This document shows positions 25,057 through 34,716 of a stretch of 36,147 nt of DNA, piece after piece. The DNA is from a virus (taxonomy: Duplodnaviria; Caudoviricetes), in IMG/VR virus record IMGVR_UViG_3300020043_000238, positions 1-36,147 of that record; one strand, written 5' to 3'. Below the pieces are notes generated by a model, which was not told the DNA's origin, made no database searches, and saw only the letters and a list, made by a program, of their open reading frames with translations. The position numbers and the translations under genes are program-made. The stretch's first letter is position 1; each line of letters begins with the position of its first letter.

Positions 25057-25649
25057 GTGATGTACTCCCGGAACACGAACTCACTATCCCATTGAACAAA
25101 TGCGCCATCGTTCATTGGGTTCAAAGTATACGTTGGACACTTTTCGGCAACAACAGTAAACGTGCAAGCATTTCCGATTGACACTGTAGCGCCAGATGAC
25201 GGTGTGCCAATCAAAGGACGATGGATTGTCACCACAGAGCCAGCAGAGTCCGCAGTCACCTTGTAGGTGTATCCACCCACCATGATGAAATCACCCGCCT
25301 TAAACGTCCCGTTAGAGGTCAAGTTGAGGCTTTGAGTGTTTGGGGTAGGCGTACCATTCAATGTTGCAGCAGTGGCCGTTCCAAGCGTCTTGGTGAACCA
25401 ATCCAGATTGCTGTTGTTGAACGTGATCGTTTCTGGCAACTGACGGTCTTTGTTGTCAATTGTCTGGATGATGTCGCGTACCTGTGGGTAGTACAAATAG
25501 CTGTGTGGCGAAACGGTAAACACCCAAGGCACGGCTGTCAGGTATTGCGCCACAGTGATGTAGCCCGACCTTGCCACTTGCTGTCCAACCATCCTACGGT
25601 TGTTCACCGTCATGGACTGCTGGATGTTAAAGATGGTTTGAAAACTCAT
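25053..25649 (-). CDS. Distal tail-like protein
   Basis: Immediately follows tape measure; beta-rich, FKAGDFI motif, ends FVFRE. Confidence 0.6.
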   Translation of the reverse strand: MSFQTIFNIQQSMTVNNRRMVGQQVARSGYITVAQYLTAVPWVFTVSPHSYLYYPQVRDIIQTIDNKDRQLPETITFNNSNLDWFTKTLGTATAATLNGTPTPNTQSLNLTSNGTFKAGDFIMVGGYTYKVTADSAGSVVTIHRPLIGTPSSGATVSIGNACTFTVVAEKCPTYTLNPMNDGAFVQWDSEFVFREYIT

Positions 25650-27733
25650 GCCCTTCTCCCGTTCGATGCCAACTGCTTGTTGGCATACTGATAGCCAGCC
25701 CAGATTGTATTGCTGCTCTCCAGCAACCTGTTCTCAAACGACTTGGCATCAATTGCGTTGATGTAGTTATTGGTTACGGTTGTTTGACCACCAATAGACG
25801 AACTCAATTGATTGTTTGGAATAATTGTTCCAGCAGTTTTTGGCACAAAAAGTTCAGGCCCGCGCTCACCAACAATGCTTACTTTTCCGACAGGAGGATC
25901 GCCACCATTAGCAAATCCCAAACTTCCAGCCAGCTCCATACCCCCGGCTTCATTCATAAAGCCGCCACCACCAAACATATTGCCAAACAAACCTTTAAAC
26001 ATACTGAGCATTTGTGCCCGCAGTTGGATTCGTAGCAAGTCTTGCAAGATGCTTCGGGTAAGGTCTTTGAAAGACAACTTGCCTGAACTTACAAAGTTGT
26101 CCAGCGCCTGTGTCATGTTGCCCATTACCGAGTCAAACATTTGAGCGCCGTTTTCCATTGCTGTTGGCACAAAGGCAAAGAATTCTTCAGCACGTTTCAA
26201 CGCACCTTTTTGCTCATCGCCTTCTTGCATTTCCCTCATTACGCGATTGCGCTCACGGGCCAATTCAATGGCTTGTTCTGCCAGTTGGTTTTCGCGTTTG
26301 ATGCGTTCTTCACGATCCGCTTCCAACAGGTTTGATTCTTGTTGGATTGCACGAATCTTGTCTTCTTGATTTGCTCGGATGTTAAATACGTCAATGAACA
26401 ACTGCTTGTCTTTTTCGCGCAGCAGTCTTGTCTGTTGCTCGTAATTAAAGATTGTTTTCTGACGATCAAGCGACAACGATTCAAGCGTTTGACGCTCTTT
26501 GATTTGTTGGTTAGTTTTAAAATAAATCTCAACCTGACGGTTTCTGTTTTCGCCAAGTTTGATTTCTTCATCACGCAGCTTTTGCTCTGCTTTCAATCGT
26601 TCATCAATTTGGCGATTCATAATTTCGCCAATTTTTATATCTCTTTCGCGCAATCTTGCGGCCTCACGTTCAGCCTCGCGTTTTGCTCTTTCTGCTTCTG
26701 GGTCTTTAGCAAGTTTGGTTGCACGAACAGGCCCCCCAGACTTGTCTGTTTTTGAACCGCTAATGCGGGGGTCATCCAAGCCCATGCGACCATCAGGCGA
26801 ACCCATGACTTTAAATTCAAACGCTTGCAAAGCGGCAAGGTTCGCCAATGCTTCTTTGCGGCCTTCTTTACCAAGGTTTTTAAACTTTGCGAAATCAAAT
26901 GTTGCCAAAGCAATTGTTTGCTTAACCAACAATTCAACTTCAGTAACGATGCCCTTAATGACAAACGCCACGTTGGCAGCAACCACAGCAACCGTTTGGA
27001 AAACAACTTTGAAAGCCGAACCAAACAAATCAGTCTTGCCGCCCAACTGGTCAAAATAATCAATGGTTGCTTTAAGCGGTGGGCCTAATTCAGAAACAAG
27101 AACAACGGTAATGTCTCGCGCTTTCTTTTCAAAGTAAGCAAACGTGTCCGCAGCATCTTGGAATGCTTTTTCTTGCTTCTCTGCAATTGGGTTGATTGCC
27201 GCCATGCTGTCAGCGAAACCAACAAAGTCCACACCTTTTGCCGCTTTGCCAAAAATCTCCATTGCCAAAGCATTTCGCGTGATTGGGTCTTCAACGCTTT
27301 GCAACGAACGAACCAACTTGTTTTGCAGTTCGTCAATGCTCAATGTGCCAACGTCTTTAAGCGTAACGCCAAGACGAGACATTGTTTTTTGCGCTTCAAG
27401 TCCACCATCAGCCGCTTTGTCAACAAAGCCAACAAATGAAGAAAGCATCTTGGCAGCGTTTTCAGCCTTACCGCCGTTGTCTTGCAAAGCATTACGCAAT
27501 TTAAGGACAGTGCCAATTGCCACATCGTTGGCTTTTGCCAGATCAACAACGTCATCAGCGTAATTAAGCGCAGCTACGCCAGCAGCTGTTAACGCTGTTG
27601 CCGCAATTTTTCCGTACTTGCTGGCAGCATCGCCAAACTGCTCCAGCTTTTTGGATGCCCCATCAATGCCGCGAACAAACTCCGCGCTGTCAATGCCAAG
27701 CAAAACGCCCAAACGGGCAATCATATTAGCCAT
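25646..27733 (-). CDS. Tape measure protein
   Basis: IARLGVLLGIDSAEFVRG start, long helical body, FANGG..VGERGPELFVP C-terminus. Confidence 0.9.
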   Translation of the reverse strand: MANMIARLGVLLGIDSAEFVRGIDGASKKLEQFGDAASKYGKIAATALTAAGVAALNYADDVVDLAKANDVAIGTVLKLRNALQDNGGKAENAAKMLSSFVGFVDKAADGGLEAQKTMSRLGVTLKDVGTLSIDELQNKLVRSLQSVEDPITRNALAMEIFGKAAKGVDFVGFADSMAAINPIAEKQEKAFQDAADTFAYFEKKARDITVVLVSELGPPLKATIDYFDQLGGKTDLFGSAFKVVFQTVAVVAANVAFVIKGIVTEVELLVKQTIALATFDFAKFKNLGKEGRKEALANLAALQAFEFKVMGSPDGRMGLDDPRISGSKTDKSGGPVRATKLAKDPEAERAKREAEREAARLRERDIKIGEIMNRQIDERLKAEQKLRDEEIKLGENRNRQVEIYFKTNQQIKERQTLESLSLDRQKTIFNYEQQTRLLREKDKQLFIDVFNIRANQEDKIRAIQQESNLLEADREERIKRENQLAEQAIELARERNRVMREMQEGDEQKGALKRAEEFFAFVPTAMENGAQMFDSVMGNMTQALDNFVSSGKLSFKDLTRSILQDLLRIQLRAQMLSMFKGLFGNMFGGGGFMNEAGGMELAGSLGFANGGDPPVGKVSIVGERGPELFVPKTAGTIIPNNQLSSSIGGQTTVTNNYINAIDAKSFENRLLESSNTIWAGYQYANKQLASNGRRA

Positions 27734-28103
27734 CTTGTTTCACCTTAAACCTGTCTTTTACAAATCCCGGTGCTTGACTCATGTACGCAAGCAAGCTGTT
27801 GTTGACTGCTTGTTTTTGAACTTCTGGGGGCAACGGTGGATACATGTAATCGTAAGCGGAACCCGAAATGTTGGCTAGTGTATAAGGCTGTGATTTTGCG
27901 GGATCACGCACATAATTAAACACACCAGCAATCAACGTTCCAAGCAACTCAATGGTTTTGTGGTTTCCAAGGATGCCATCGCCGTACATCGTCTGTAAAC
28001 GAGCCATCGTCAACTCGTCCAACGCAGCAATTGAATCAGGGGTATGCCCGTTAAAGACCAAGGCCGTTTCGACCTGTGTCCTTAACGAGCCAATCAGTTT
28101 CCC
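27726..28103 (-). CDS. Tail assembly chaperone, -1 frameshift extension (gpT-like)
   Basis: The -1 frame from GGGAAAC reads GKLIGSLRTQVETALVFNGHTPD... open to 27726. Confidence 0.8.
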   Translation of the reverse strand, partial: GKLIGSLRTQVETALVFNGHTPDSIAALDELTMARLQTMYGDGILGNHKTIELLGTLIAGVFNYVRDPAKSQPYTLANISGSAYDYMYPPLPPEVQKQAVNNSLLAYMSQAPGFVKDRFKVKQDG

Positions 28104-28585
28104 CGAGTTTCCTTGTAGTTGGGGCTAATTACTTCCCCAATCTTCTCGCACAAAGCCAACTGAACATTTAAAGGCCATTCGGATTCAATGTCCTCATACG
28201 TAATGTCTGCCAACGTTGCTTCTGGGTCTTCTGGAACCAACAAACGGATGTATTCGACAATTCTGGCCTCTGTCAGCGCCTTGTTCCTTGCCGCCTCGCG
28301 CAAAGATTTGCCTTGCACCAAAATATCGTTTTCCAAGAACTCAAAGCCCGAATCAGCCGCTTCGGACGATTCGCGGAACTTCTGCAATGGCTCAACCAAC
28401 AGTTGATAGATTGCATCAATCTTGGATTCTTCAGGGTTTGTAATGCGCGAGTAAATTGCATCTGATTCAGCAACCAACGGCACACGGACTTTAAAAATAA
28501 AGCCGCCCAATTCAAATTTGCGAGTCAGAATCTCGCGGCGCATCTTGTTGTAATTTGCGCCAAATGCGTTGCTCAGTTTTGTCAT
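28094..28585 (-). CDS. Tail assembly chaperone (gpG-like)
   Basis: Two ORFs upstream of the tape measure; ends CGG GGA AAC TGA. Confidence 0.8.
   Translation of the reverse strand: MTKLSNAFGANYNKMRREILTRKFELGGFIFKVRVPLVAESDAIYSRITNPEESKIDAIYQLLVEPLQKFRESSEAADSGFEFLENDILVQGKSLREAARNKALTEARIVEYIRLLVPEDPEATLADITYEDIESEWPLNVQLALCEKIGEVISPNYKETRGN
28097..28103 (-). other. Programmed -1 frameshift slippery site G GGA AAC
   Basis: X XXY YYZ heptamer in the correct phase immediately before the stop codon. Confidence 0.85.
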
Positions 28586-29136
28586 GTCTTTGCCCTAAAT
28601 TTGAGAATGTATTTTCTTAACTCATCTGCCAACCGATCAATCGTTTGTTGCGATTGACTTTCTAACGCTGGTCGCAGATACGGATGCGCTGGTGTTTTGG
28701 CTGTGCCAAACTCTTGTGCAATGGCCCTAGCATCGCTTTGGAAACCCTCAAAAGCCGCCGCCTGTTCTTGGGTAGCACCAAGTTTAATCATGCGCCTTCT
28801 GGTGCGCTCTAGCCCTTTGCCTTCGCTCATGGCTTTCATCTTCTTACCAGACGCTGTTGTTACCGCGGCAATTACAGCATCGTTCTTGGTGATGTATTTT
28901 GAACGCTTGTCACGGCTAGTTGGCCTTCGCGCTTCAACTTGAAGCAACAACTGCAAAGCGCCCGTATCAACAGGTGCTTTTTGTTGCGCCAAAGCCAGCA
29001 CGGGTTTCATTGCCGCCCTTGCCGCAGGGATCAAGATTTTGCTTCTGGCTTTCTTGTCACCAATCTCTTGGGCAAGTTCATCAAACGCTTTGATAACGTC
29101 ACCAAGGCCTTCTAGCTTAATGGTCACGCCACCCAT
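28582..29136 (-). CDS. HK97 gp10-like tail completion/neck protein
   Basis: IKLEGL..APVDTGAL..EFGTAKTPAHPYLRPALE. Confidence 0.85.
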   Translation of the reverse strand: MGGVTIKLEGLGDVIKAFDELAQEIGDKKARSKILIPAARAAMKPVLALAQQKAPVDTGALQLLLQVEARRPTSRDKRSKYITKNDAVIAAVTTASGKKMKAMSEGKGLERTRRRMIKLGATQEQAAAFEGFQSDARAIAQEFGTAKTPAHPYLRPALESQSQQTIDRLADELRKYILKFRAKT

Positions 29137-29137
29137 G

Positions 29138-29368
29138 TCATGCTCCCGGCTTAATGATCTTCTGGTAAAGATGATTGTTTAACTCGCTCACATAATTGAC
29201 GATCTCATGAGGCGTCATTTTGTCAGCGTGTTTAGCCGCAATCTCATGCGCGAGACTGATAGCAGTGATTTTTTGTTGCTGAAACCCAAACCAGTCCTTG
29301 CGGGAACCGGATTGGGTAATCAGAAAACTCAACAGGTCGTTTCTGTCTTGTATTGTTGTGTTCATCAT
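29138..29368 (-). CDS. Hypothetical protein
   Basis: 76-aa ORF filling the gap between the tail tube and gp10-like genes. Confidence 0.7.
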   Translation of the reverse strand: MMNTTIQDRNDLLSFLITQSGSRKDWFGFQQQKITAISLAHEIAAKHADKMTPHEIVNYVSELNNHLYQKIIKPGA

Positions 29369-29371
29369 GTT

Positions 29372-29896
29372 TTATGCGTCATTAGACCAGCCGTATTCAT
29401 CGCCACCAACAGGGTGCAACGTGAACGTGAATTTACCTTCAGCCGCGGTGTTCATGTCCCAAGACATACCACCAACGCGAGCGTTAAAGGAATAAGCAAC
29501 AGTGTCGGAACCGTCATAAGCAGCCACAACGTAAGTGCGAATGATTGTGCCGTTGTAACCGTCAGCACGGATCAGCAACTGAGCCGCATCAGAAGGATTC
29601 CAAGGGCAAGTAATCGTCATGGACGTAACTTGGTTTTGGGTGGTGATCTTTGCACCAGTGCGCTGACCAGCAATCGAGTAAGCCGCGAATGCGTCATCAG
29701 TACCGAATGGAGGAATGACTTCCACAGGCACTTCGATGCCATCAGTGCCAGTACCGCCAGCCGCAGTGCCAACAATATCAGCCACTTGTGCTGTCCATGT
29801 TGACAGTTGCGAAACGGTCAAGGGTGTTGGGGTTGCGCCAGTTTGTGTCCACAGGCTTGCTACAAAGCCGGGAAGAACCTTATTGATAAGAGCCAT
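29372..29896 (-). CDS. Major tail (tube) protein
   Basis: Position, AAGGA SD, beta-rich with SMTITCPWNP..YSFNARV..FTFTL. Confidence 0.75.
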   Translation of the reverse strand: MALINKVLPGFVASLWTQTGATPTPLTVSQLSTWTAQVADIVGTAAGGTGTDGIEVPVEVIPPFGTDDAFAAYSIAGQRTGAKITTQNQVTSMTITCPWNPSDAAQLLIRADGYNGTIIRTYVVAAYDGSDTVAYSFNARVGGMSWDMNTAAEGKFTFTLHPVGGDEYGWSNDA

Positions 29897-29937
29897 TTTG
29901 AGTTTCCTTTAAAAAAAGTTGTTCGGATATTGTCTTA

Positions 29938-30354
29938 TCAGGTCTGGATGTAAAGCGTACAGTCCAAGAACACTTGTGCAAGTTTTTCCGTGTTGTCATA
30001 GCTGTTATACAGCCAAACAATGTCGGTCTTACTTACTTGCATTGCGTTACCACCAGTTCCATAAACACCACTGTATCCGTGCAAGGATTGTAATATCTGA
30101 TTGGAAATTGTGAAACCATCTTCTATAACTTGGGTGAAGATACTTACCTGAAAGACGGGTGTATCAATACCTTTGTTGTTTTGCATCTGGCCTGTATATA
30201 CAGGTTGGTGGACGTTACGCAAGTTCCATGTGATGAACTTGGGTTGCGTTGCAAAGTTACGGTTGAAGGCTGCGTAAACAGGAATTGGCGACACAACGCT
30301 TTCCAACTTGCTTTGGAATGCTCTGCCGTATGTGATGACGTTGTTTTGTGCCAT
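29938..30354 (-). CDS. Tail terminator-like protein
   Basis: PKFITW..FQVSIF..LHGYSG; precedes the tail tube gene. Confidence 0.65.
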   Translation of the reverse strand: MAQNNVITYGRAFQSKLESVVSPIPVYAAFNRNFATQPKFITWNLRNVHQPVYTGQMQNNKGIDTPVFQVSIFTQVIEDGFTISNQILQSLHGYSGVYGTGGNAMQVSKTDIVWLYNSYDNTEKLAQVFLDCTLYIQT

Positions 30355-30699
30355 TTATACCGCCGTGTTTGGATCGCTTCTGTAGCACAACAACGTAACC
30401 TTCATGCGGTCGTTGCTTTCGCGCACATCGGTAATGCGCCAATCATTGCCGCGCCATGAAATCGAATACAAGTCCTGACGATCAACAATCTCGCGGGTGT
30501 TGGGCGTGTAATTCAGCGTGAAATTTACCAAGTCCTGATAGACCCGGTACTTTTCCGAGATGCGAACGTTGTTTGACACATCATGTGTCAATGCACGGCT
30601 TTTAAACCATTCCGCAATGCTCGTTGTCTGTTCGCCAAATGAGGATTTGGCAAACGTCAAACGATTGACGGTGATTGATTCGTAACGTGCAATTCCCAT
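30355..30699 (-). CDS. Head closure / head-tail adaptor protein
   Basis: SSFGEQ..W..ISWRGNDWRITDV..TLLC. Confidence 0.75.
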   Translation of the reverse strand: MGIARYESITVNRLTFAKSSFGEQTTSIAEWFKSRALTHDVSNNVRISEKYRVYQDLVNFTLNYTPNTREIVDRQDLYSISWRGNDWRITDVRESNDRMKVTLLCYRSDPNTAV

Positions 30700-31367
30700 T
30701 ACATCACCAGTGGTTTGTATGGACGCAAAAGGGTTTCAAAGCCAAACGGAATGTTTTTGAGGTTCATTTCCGTTGTGTTGCTTCGGTTGTTATACAGGTG
30801 GGTCAACAACAACAAGGCGGCTTGCTTAATTTGTGGGTACGTTTGCAACGGGTTAGGTGCTGTCGTGTATTCCACAAACACAGGCGCTGTCATTGATGTG
30901 TTCACATCTGTTGGCAAGTTCTGAACCAAAACCTTGTTGCCTGATGGGTCGTATTGATAGCTACTGGAAGACAGCACCACGCGATTTGCGGGGAAATCTG
31001 TACCGTAGTAACCAACAGCATCAATCTGCACACCCGCTTGGCTTGGGTATTGGTTTTGACTGACTTCAGGCAAATCCAAGGCCACAGGGCTTGCGGACAA
31101 ACTCTCTGTGCCATACCAAACGCGATACGTTATTGAGAAAATTGACATTCCCAAATAGTCTTCAACCGCGCCACGGGTAGCCAGTTCAAGTGACTTCAGA
31201 AAATCATCTTGCGATTCATCGCCCCAGTTGTTGATCTGGTTGGTAATTTCATCCAGCGTCAACCAGTTAGTCACCACATCACGGTCGATTTGCTCGACCT
31301 TGACGTAGTTAAACGGATTGCGCGTTACCGCTGCAAACGGATAACCTTGATTGATTTCTGAAGGCAT
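30699..31367 (-). CDS. Head-tail connector (gp6-like)
   Basis: LTLDEI..DDFLKSL..AVEDYLG..IKQAALLLLTHLYNNR..LLRPYK. Confidence 0.85.
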   Translation of the reverse strand: MPSEINQGYPFAAVTRNPFNYVKVEQIDRDVVTNWLTLDEITNQINNWGDESQDDFLKSLELATRGAVEDYLGMSIFSITYRVWYGTESLSASPVALDLPEVSQNQYPSQAGVQIDAVGYYGTDFPANRVVLSSSSYQYDPSGNKVLVQNLPTDVNTSMTAPVFVEYTTAPNPLQTYPQIKQAALLLLTHLYNNRSNTTEMNLKNIPFGFETLLRPYKPLVM

Positions 31368-31378
31368 TGTTGCTCCAA

Positions 31379-32395
31379 TTAAGCAGCAGACGCACGAACA
31401 CCAGCAAACGGGTTGCGAACGGAACTGACCATGCGCTTTTCCGCAAACATCGTAATGAAACCGGGAGCAGTTTGTTCCATCATTTGCACAGACATTTCCT
31501 CAATGTCAGCAATTGTCAGGAATTGTTCCCAATTTGCCAAGTAGATGGGGAAAGCATCCGACAGATAAGCGTTTGCAATGACAGGCCAACCAAAGATGTT
31601 GCCAACAGCCGCGCCATCGGATTCGCCGATTTCAAGGAACAGCGGCAAGCCTTGCGAGTCTTTCAATTGACGCAATGTTTGGATCATTGCTGGTGTCATG
31701 TGCCAAGCAGTGGTTTCCATCGACCAGTATTGCGGGGGCAATGCGTTGGCCATGTTTGTGATCTTGTTATAGGTGGGAGTCGTGCCACCAAAAGACACCG
31801 TAGCAATGCTGTGAATGCCGTTTGTAATCGCAGTGCCAGAAGTGCCGTAGGCGCTTGTGCTTGCAGTGACGTATGAGTCCAAGCCACGCAAACCATTTGT
31901 GCCACCAGTGGTGGTTGTGGTGCTTCCAGCTTGATCGTCATTAAGCGCCATAGACTGCGCTTCCAATTGGCTAAATTCAAGATACAAGTCTTGAACCAGT
32001 GTTTCTTCAATACCGTTAATGTCCGACAATGCGGCTGTACGGATTGGCAATTGTGCGGTCAACACTCGCACAGGCAGTTGCCAAATGCTGGTGTTAATGT
32101 TTGGGGAACCGCTGTTGGGGTTGATTGCGTAGCCCCAAGGGTTTGTGCTGCTTGCGGCGTTACCTGTCTTGGCAACGAATTGCACATCAGAGCCTTTTGC
32201 CGTGATCTGGCGTGAACCCATGCGGAACGGGTTAGCCTGACGTAGCGCAGAAAAGGAATCGTCAAAAACAACATTACCGCCAACATCTGAGCCGGAACCA
32301 GTCAGCGCAGAGGCTTCAGTCAAGTTAATGTCAACCTTACCGCCTTCGGCAATGGCTTTTTTGATTCCGTCTAGGATTTTTTCGGTCAGTTTCAT
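31379..32395 (-). CDS. Second HK97-fold capsid protein (paralogue lacking the long N-terminal scaffold)
   Basis: Colinear with 32452..33789 (LTGSG, LR.ANP, AKTGNA, PIRTAAL.DI.G, GLRGLD, QTAPGFIT..EKR..SVR.PF). Confidence 0.85.
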   Translation of the reverse strand: MKLTEKILDGIKKAIAEGGKVDINLTEASALTGSGSDVGGNVVFDDSFSALRQANPFRMGSRQITAKGSDVQFVAKTGNAASSTNPWGYAINPNSGSPNINTSIWQLPVRVLTAQLPIRTAALSDINGIEETLVQDLYLEFSQLEAQSMALNDDQAGSTTTTTGGTNGLRGLDSYVTASTSAYGTSGTAITNGIHSIATVSFGGTTPTYNKITNMANALPPQYWSMETTAWHMTPAMIQTLRQLKDSQGLPLFLEIGESDGAAVGNIFGWPVIANAYLSDAFPIYLANWEQFLTIADIEEMSVQMMEQTAPGFITMFAEKRMVSSVRNPFAGVRASAA

Positions 32396-32411
32396 GTTGT
32401 TTCCTTAGTTG

Positions 32412-32438
32412 AAAAAGGCGGGGGCCGTAGCCCCCACC
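32412..32438 (-). terminator. Intrinsic terminator between the two capsid genes
   Basis: GGTGGGGGC-TACG-GCCCCCGCC-TTTTT on minus strand. Confidence 0.8.
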
Positions 32439-32451
32439 AAATGGCAACACC

Positions 32452-33789
32452 TTAAGTCGCTGTGCCTGTAGAACGGAAGCGAACCATCGAGAAGGGATCT
32501 CGCACCGAGTTGCACAGCCGTTTTTCGCCGTAGAAAGTAATGAAACCGGGGGCGGTCTGATCGTAGCGGCGCAGAACCATGTTCAAGCGATCTACGATTG
32601 TGTGCGCCTTGGACCAGTCACCAAAATACATTGGGTACAGGCTGGTAGTGCCGGCAGAACCAGTTGTGGCTTGGCTAGGATTATCAACGTACTTGTTGAC
32701 CACCACATCAAAGCCCAACAGGCGACCAACGATACCGTCAGTTTCCAGAGGATGCATACGCTCAAAGATTGGAGTGCCTTGGCTGTCTTTGAGGCCGCGA
32801 ATTTGCGACAACAGCACAGGGTTAATCATGAACTTGGCATCACGGGTCCAATACTGCTGTGGCAATGCGTAAACAAAGTTCACAACGTCTTGGTATGTGA
32901 TGTTTGCAGCGCCCACGGTGTTGGCGTTGGTGGTCAACTGGTCATAGGTAGCCAAGCTGTGCAAACCGCTTGTGGAACCTGTGCCGGAAGTGCCGTATGC
33001 CGCAGTGGAGGTCGTGCCGCCTGTGTAGGTAGCATTTGCGCCAGCGTACTGATCCAAACCCCGCAAACCGTCTGTGCCGCCGTAGCCGCCAGAAGTCTGG
33101 TCATTGTTCTGAATCATGGATTGGGCTTCGAGTTGAGCGAATTCCAAAAGCATGTCTGAAACAACGTTGGCTTCCAAACCGTCAATGTCGTCCAATGCCG
33201 CGGTACGGATTGGGAATTGGCAGTTCATGTCTTTCAGCACCAATTGCCAGATGTTGGTGTTTTCAGTTGTGTCCGAACCGTTGTTCTGGATGGCATAACC
33301 AAAAGCAGCACCAGCGTTGCCTGTCTTCGCGCGGAACTGATAAGACGAGCCATCAGTTGCCACGATGCGGCTAATGTCGCGCAGGGGGTTAGCCAGACGC
33401 AAAGCAACGAACAGAGGATCATACGTAGTACGACCACCCTTGCCATCGCCAGAACCTGTCAAAGAAGATGCTTCTTTCAGGTATGCGGCGTACTGGTCAT
33501 CGCTCTCAAACAGCTTGATTTCTTTTTCGACCAAACGGGTTTGCTTGGTGAAATCAGCCAGTTGTTCTTTAACCATGCGGTTCACATCTTGCTGAACAGA
33601 CTTGGCTTTTTCGCGGTGAACCACGGGGGCTTGAACAGCGGCAACTTTGGCTTCCAAAGCGGCAACCATTTCGCTGATTTCGGCTTTGACAGCTTCAACA
33701 GCGGCGGGGATTTTTGCTTCTACAGCAGCAACGGCATCGGCTTGTTTAGCTTCGATGGCGTCCAGTTTTTCAATGATTACTTGAGACAT
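32452..33789 (-). CDS. Major capsid protein, HK97 fold with N-terminal coiled-coil scaffold domain
   Basis: Follows protease; Ala/Glu/Lys-rich first ~105 aa; GRLLGFDVVVN..YFGDW. Confidence 0.92.
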   Translation of the reverse strand: MSQVIIEKLDAIEAKQADAVAAVEAKIPAAVEAVKAEISEMVAALEAKVAAVQAPVVHREKAKSVQQDVNRMVKEQLADFTKQTRLVEKEIKLFESDDQYAAYLKEASSLTGSGDGKGGRTTYDPLFVALRLANPLRDISRIVATDGSSYQFRAKTGNAGAAFGYAIQNNGSDTTENTNIWQLVLKDMNCQFPIRTAALDDIDGLEANVVSDMLLEFAQLEAQSMIQNNDQTSGGYGGTDGLRGLDQYAGANATYTGGTTSTAAYGTSGTGSTSGLHSLATYDQLTTNANTVGAANITYQDVVNFVYALPQQYWTRDAKFMINPVLLSQIRGLKDSQGTPIFERMHPLETDGIVGRLLGFDVVVNKYVDNPSQATTGSAGTTSLYPMYFGDWSKAHTIVDRLNMVLRRYDQTAPGFITFYGEKRLCNSVRDPFSMVRFRSTGTAT

Positions 33790-33791
33790 GA

Positions 33792-34586
33792 TTAACCTTT
33801 CAGTCGTTTGTCGAGGAGTTTAAGAAGTTCACGTTGCTCGAGAGCCGCAAGAACTTCAGCTTCGGTTGCCTCCGCATCAGAATCACTCTGAATTGGTGCA
33901 ATTTCAATTGGCTTTTTCACAGCATCACGCTGTTCAATCACCGACTTGAATACAGATGCAGCGGCAACCGACATCTGCTTGGACAGTCCTGCATCCCGCA
34001 AGGCTTCTTCCAATACTTTCAGATCAGCGGAACCATCCTTGCGGAAATATTCCAATTTGCTGACCTCTGCGCTTGGGTTGTTTGGATGAATCACCACGCT
34101 GACCTCAGACAAACCACCCTTGGTGATTTGGAAGTAGCCTTCATCGTAATAATCGTTGGAACCAGCAGGGAAAACGTCACCGTCTTCTTTGACCCATTGA
34201 TATTCTTCAGCGTATGCGCCAACAGAAACGCCGCCAAACATCATGGGCGATTCTTTCATTACGGCATACAGGTCTTTGCCTTGTTGCGTGTTCATGTAGA
34301 TACGACCGCTGGCATTCATGCCGTTTTCGGTCATCTCAATGTCAGTCCACTCGCCAACGGGAATGTTGTTTGCCTCATGATTGACAAACATGGGCAACGG
34401 GCGGCCAGACTCGCAAAATTCTTTGCACCAATCCATAAAGCCTTCAGGCTTGTAGAAGAAACGGCGACCATCAGCGCCTTCACGTGCGCCCCAAGTGGTC
34501 ACGGTAGCTTCAATCAGGCCTTGATCGGCTTCGTTCTTTTCGGTGCTTAGTTTTGCTTCGCAAACCAGCGTCAAGTGTTTGGTCAT
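33792..34586 (-). CDS. Prohead maturation protease (HK97 family)
   Basis: LPMFVNH..PVGEW..GVSVG..LSEVSVV..PNNPSAEV; GAGGT SD before ATG 34586. Confidence 0.9.
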   Translation of the reverse strand: MTKHLTLVCEAKLSTEKNEADQGLIEATVTTWGAREGADGRRFFYKPEGFMDWCKEFCESGRPLPMFVNHEANNIPVGEWTDIEMTENGMNASGRIYMNTQQGKDLYAVMKESPMMFGGVSVGAYAEEYQWVKEDGDVFPAGSNDYYDEGYFQITKGGLSEVSVVIHPNNPSAEVSKLEYFRKDGSADLKVLEEALRDAGLSKQMSVAAASVFKSVIEQRDAVKKPIEIAPIQSDSDAEATEAEVLAALEQRELLKLLDKRLKG

Positions 34587-34716
34587 AGATAACCTCTGAG
34601 GTTTTAAGCAGATCAATATCTTGTATTTTAGGTGGTCTGCCGCGCCTTTTCGGCGCATCAGCACTTGGCTTGTATGTTGCCAAGGATATTATCATTTTTC
34701 GGAAAATAAGGGACAC
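34510..34716 (-). CDS. Possible small basic AT-hook protein
   Basis: GTG start abuts portal stop; PKRRGRPPK; overlaps protease 5' end by 77 nt. Confidence 0.4.
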   Translation of the reverse strand: MSLIFRKMIISLATYKPSADAPKRRGRPPKIQDIDLLKTSEVIYDQTLDAGLRSKTKHRKERSRSRPD

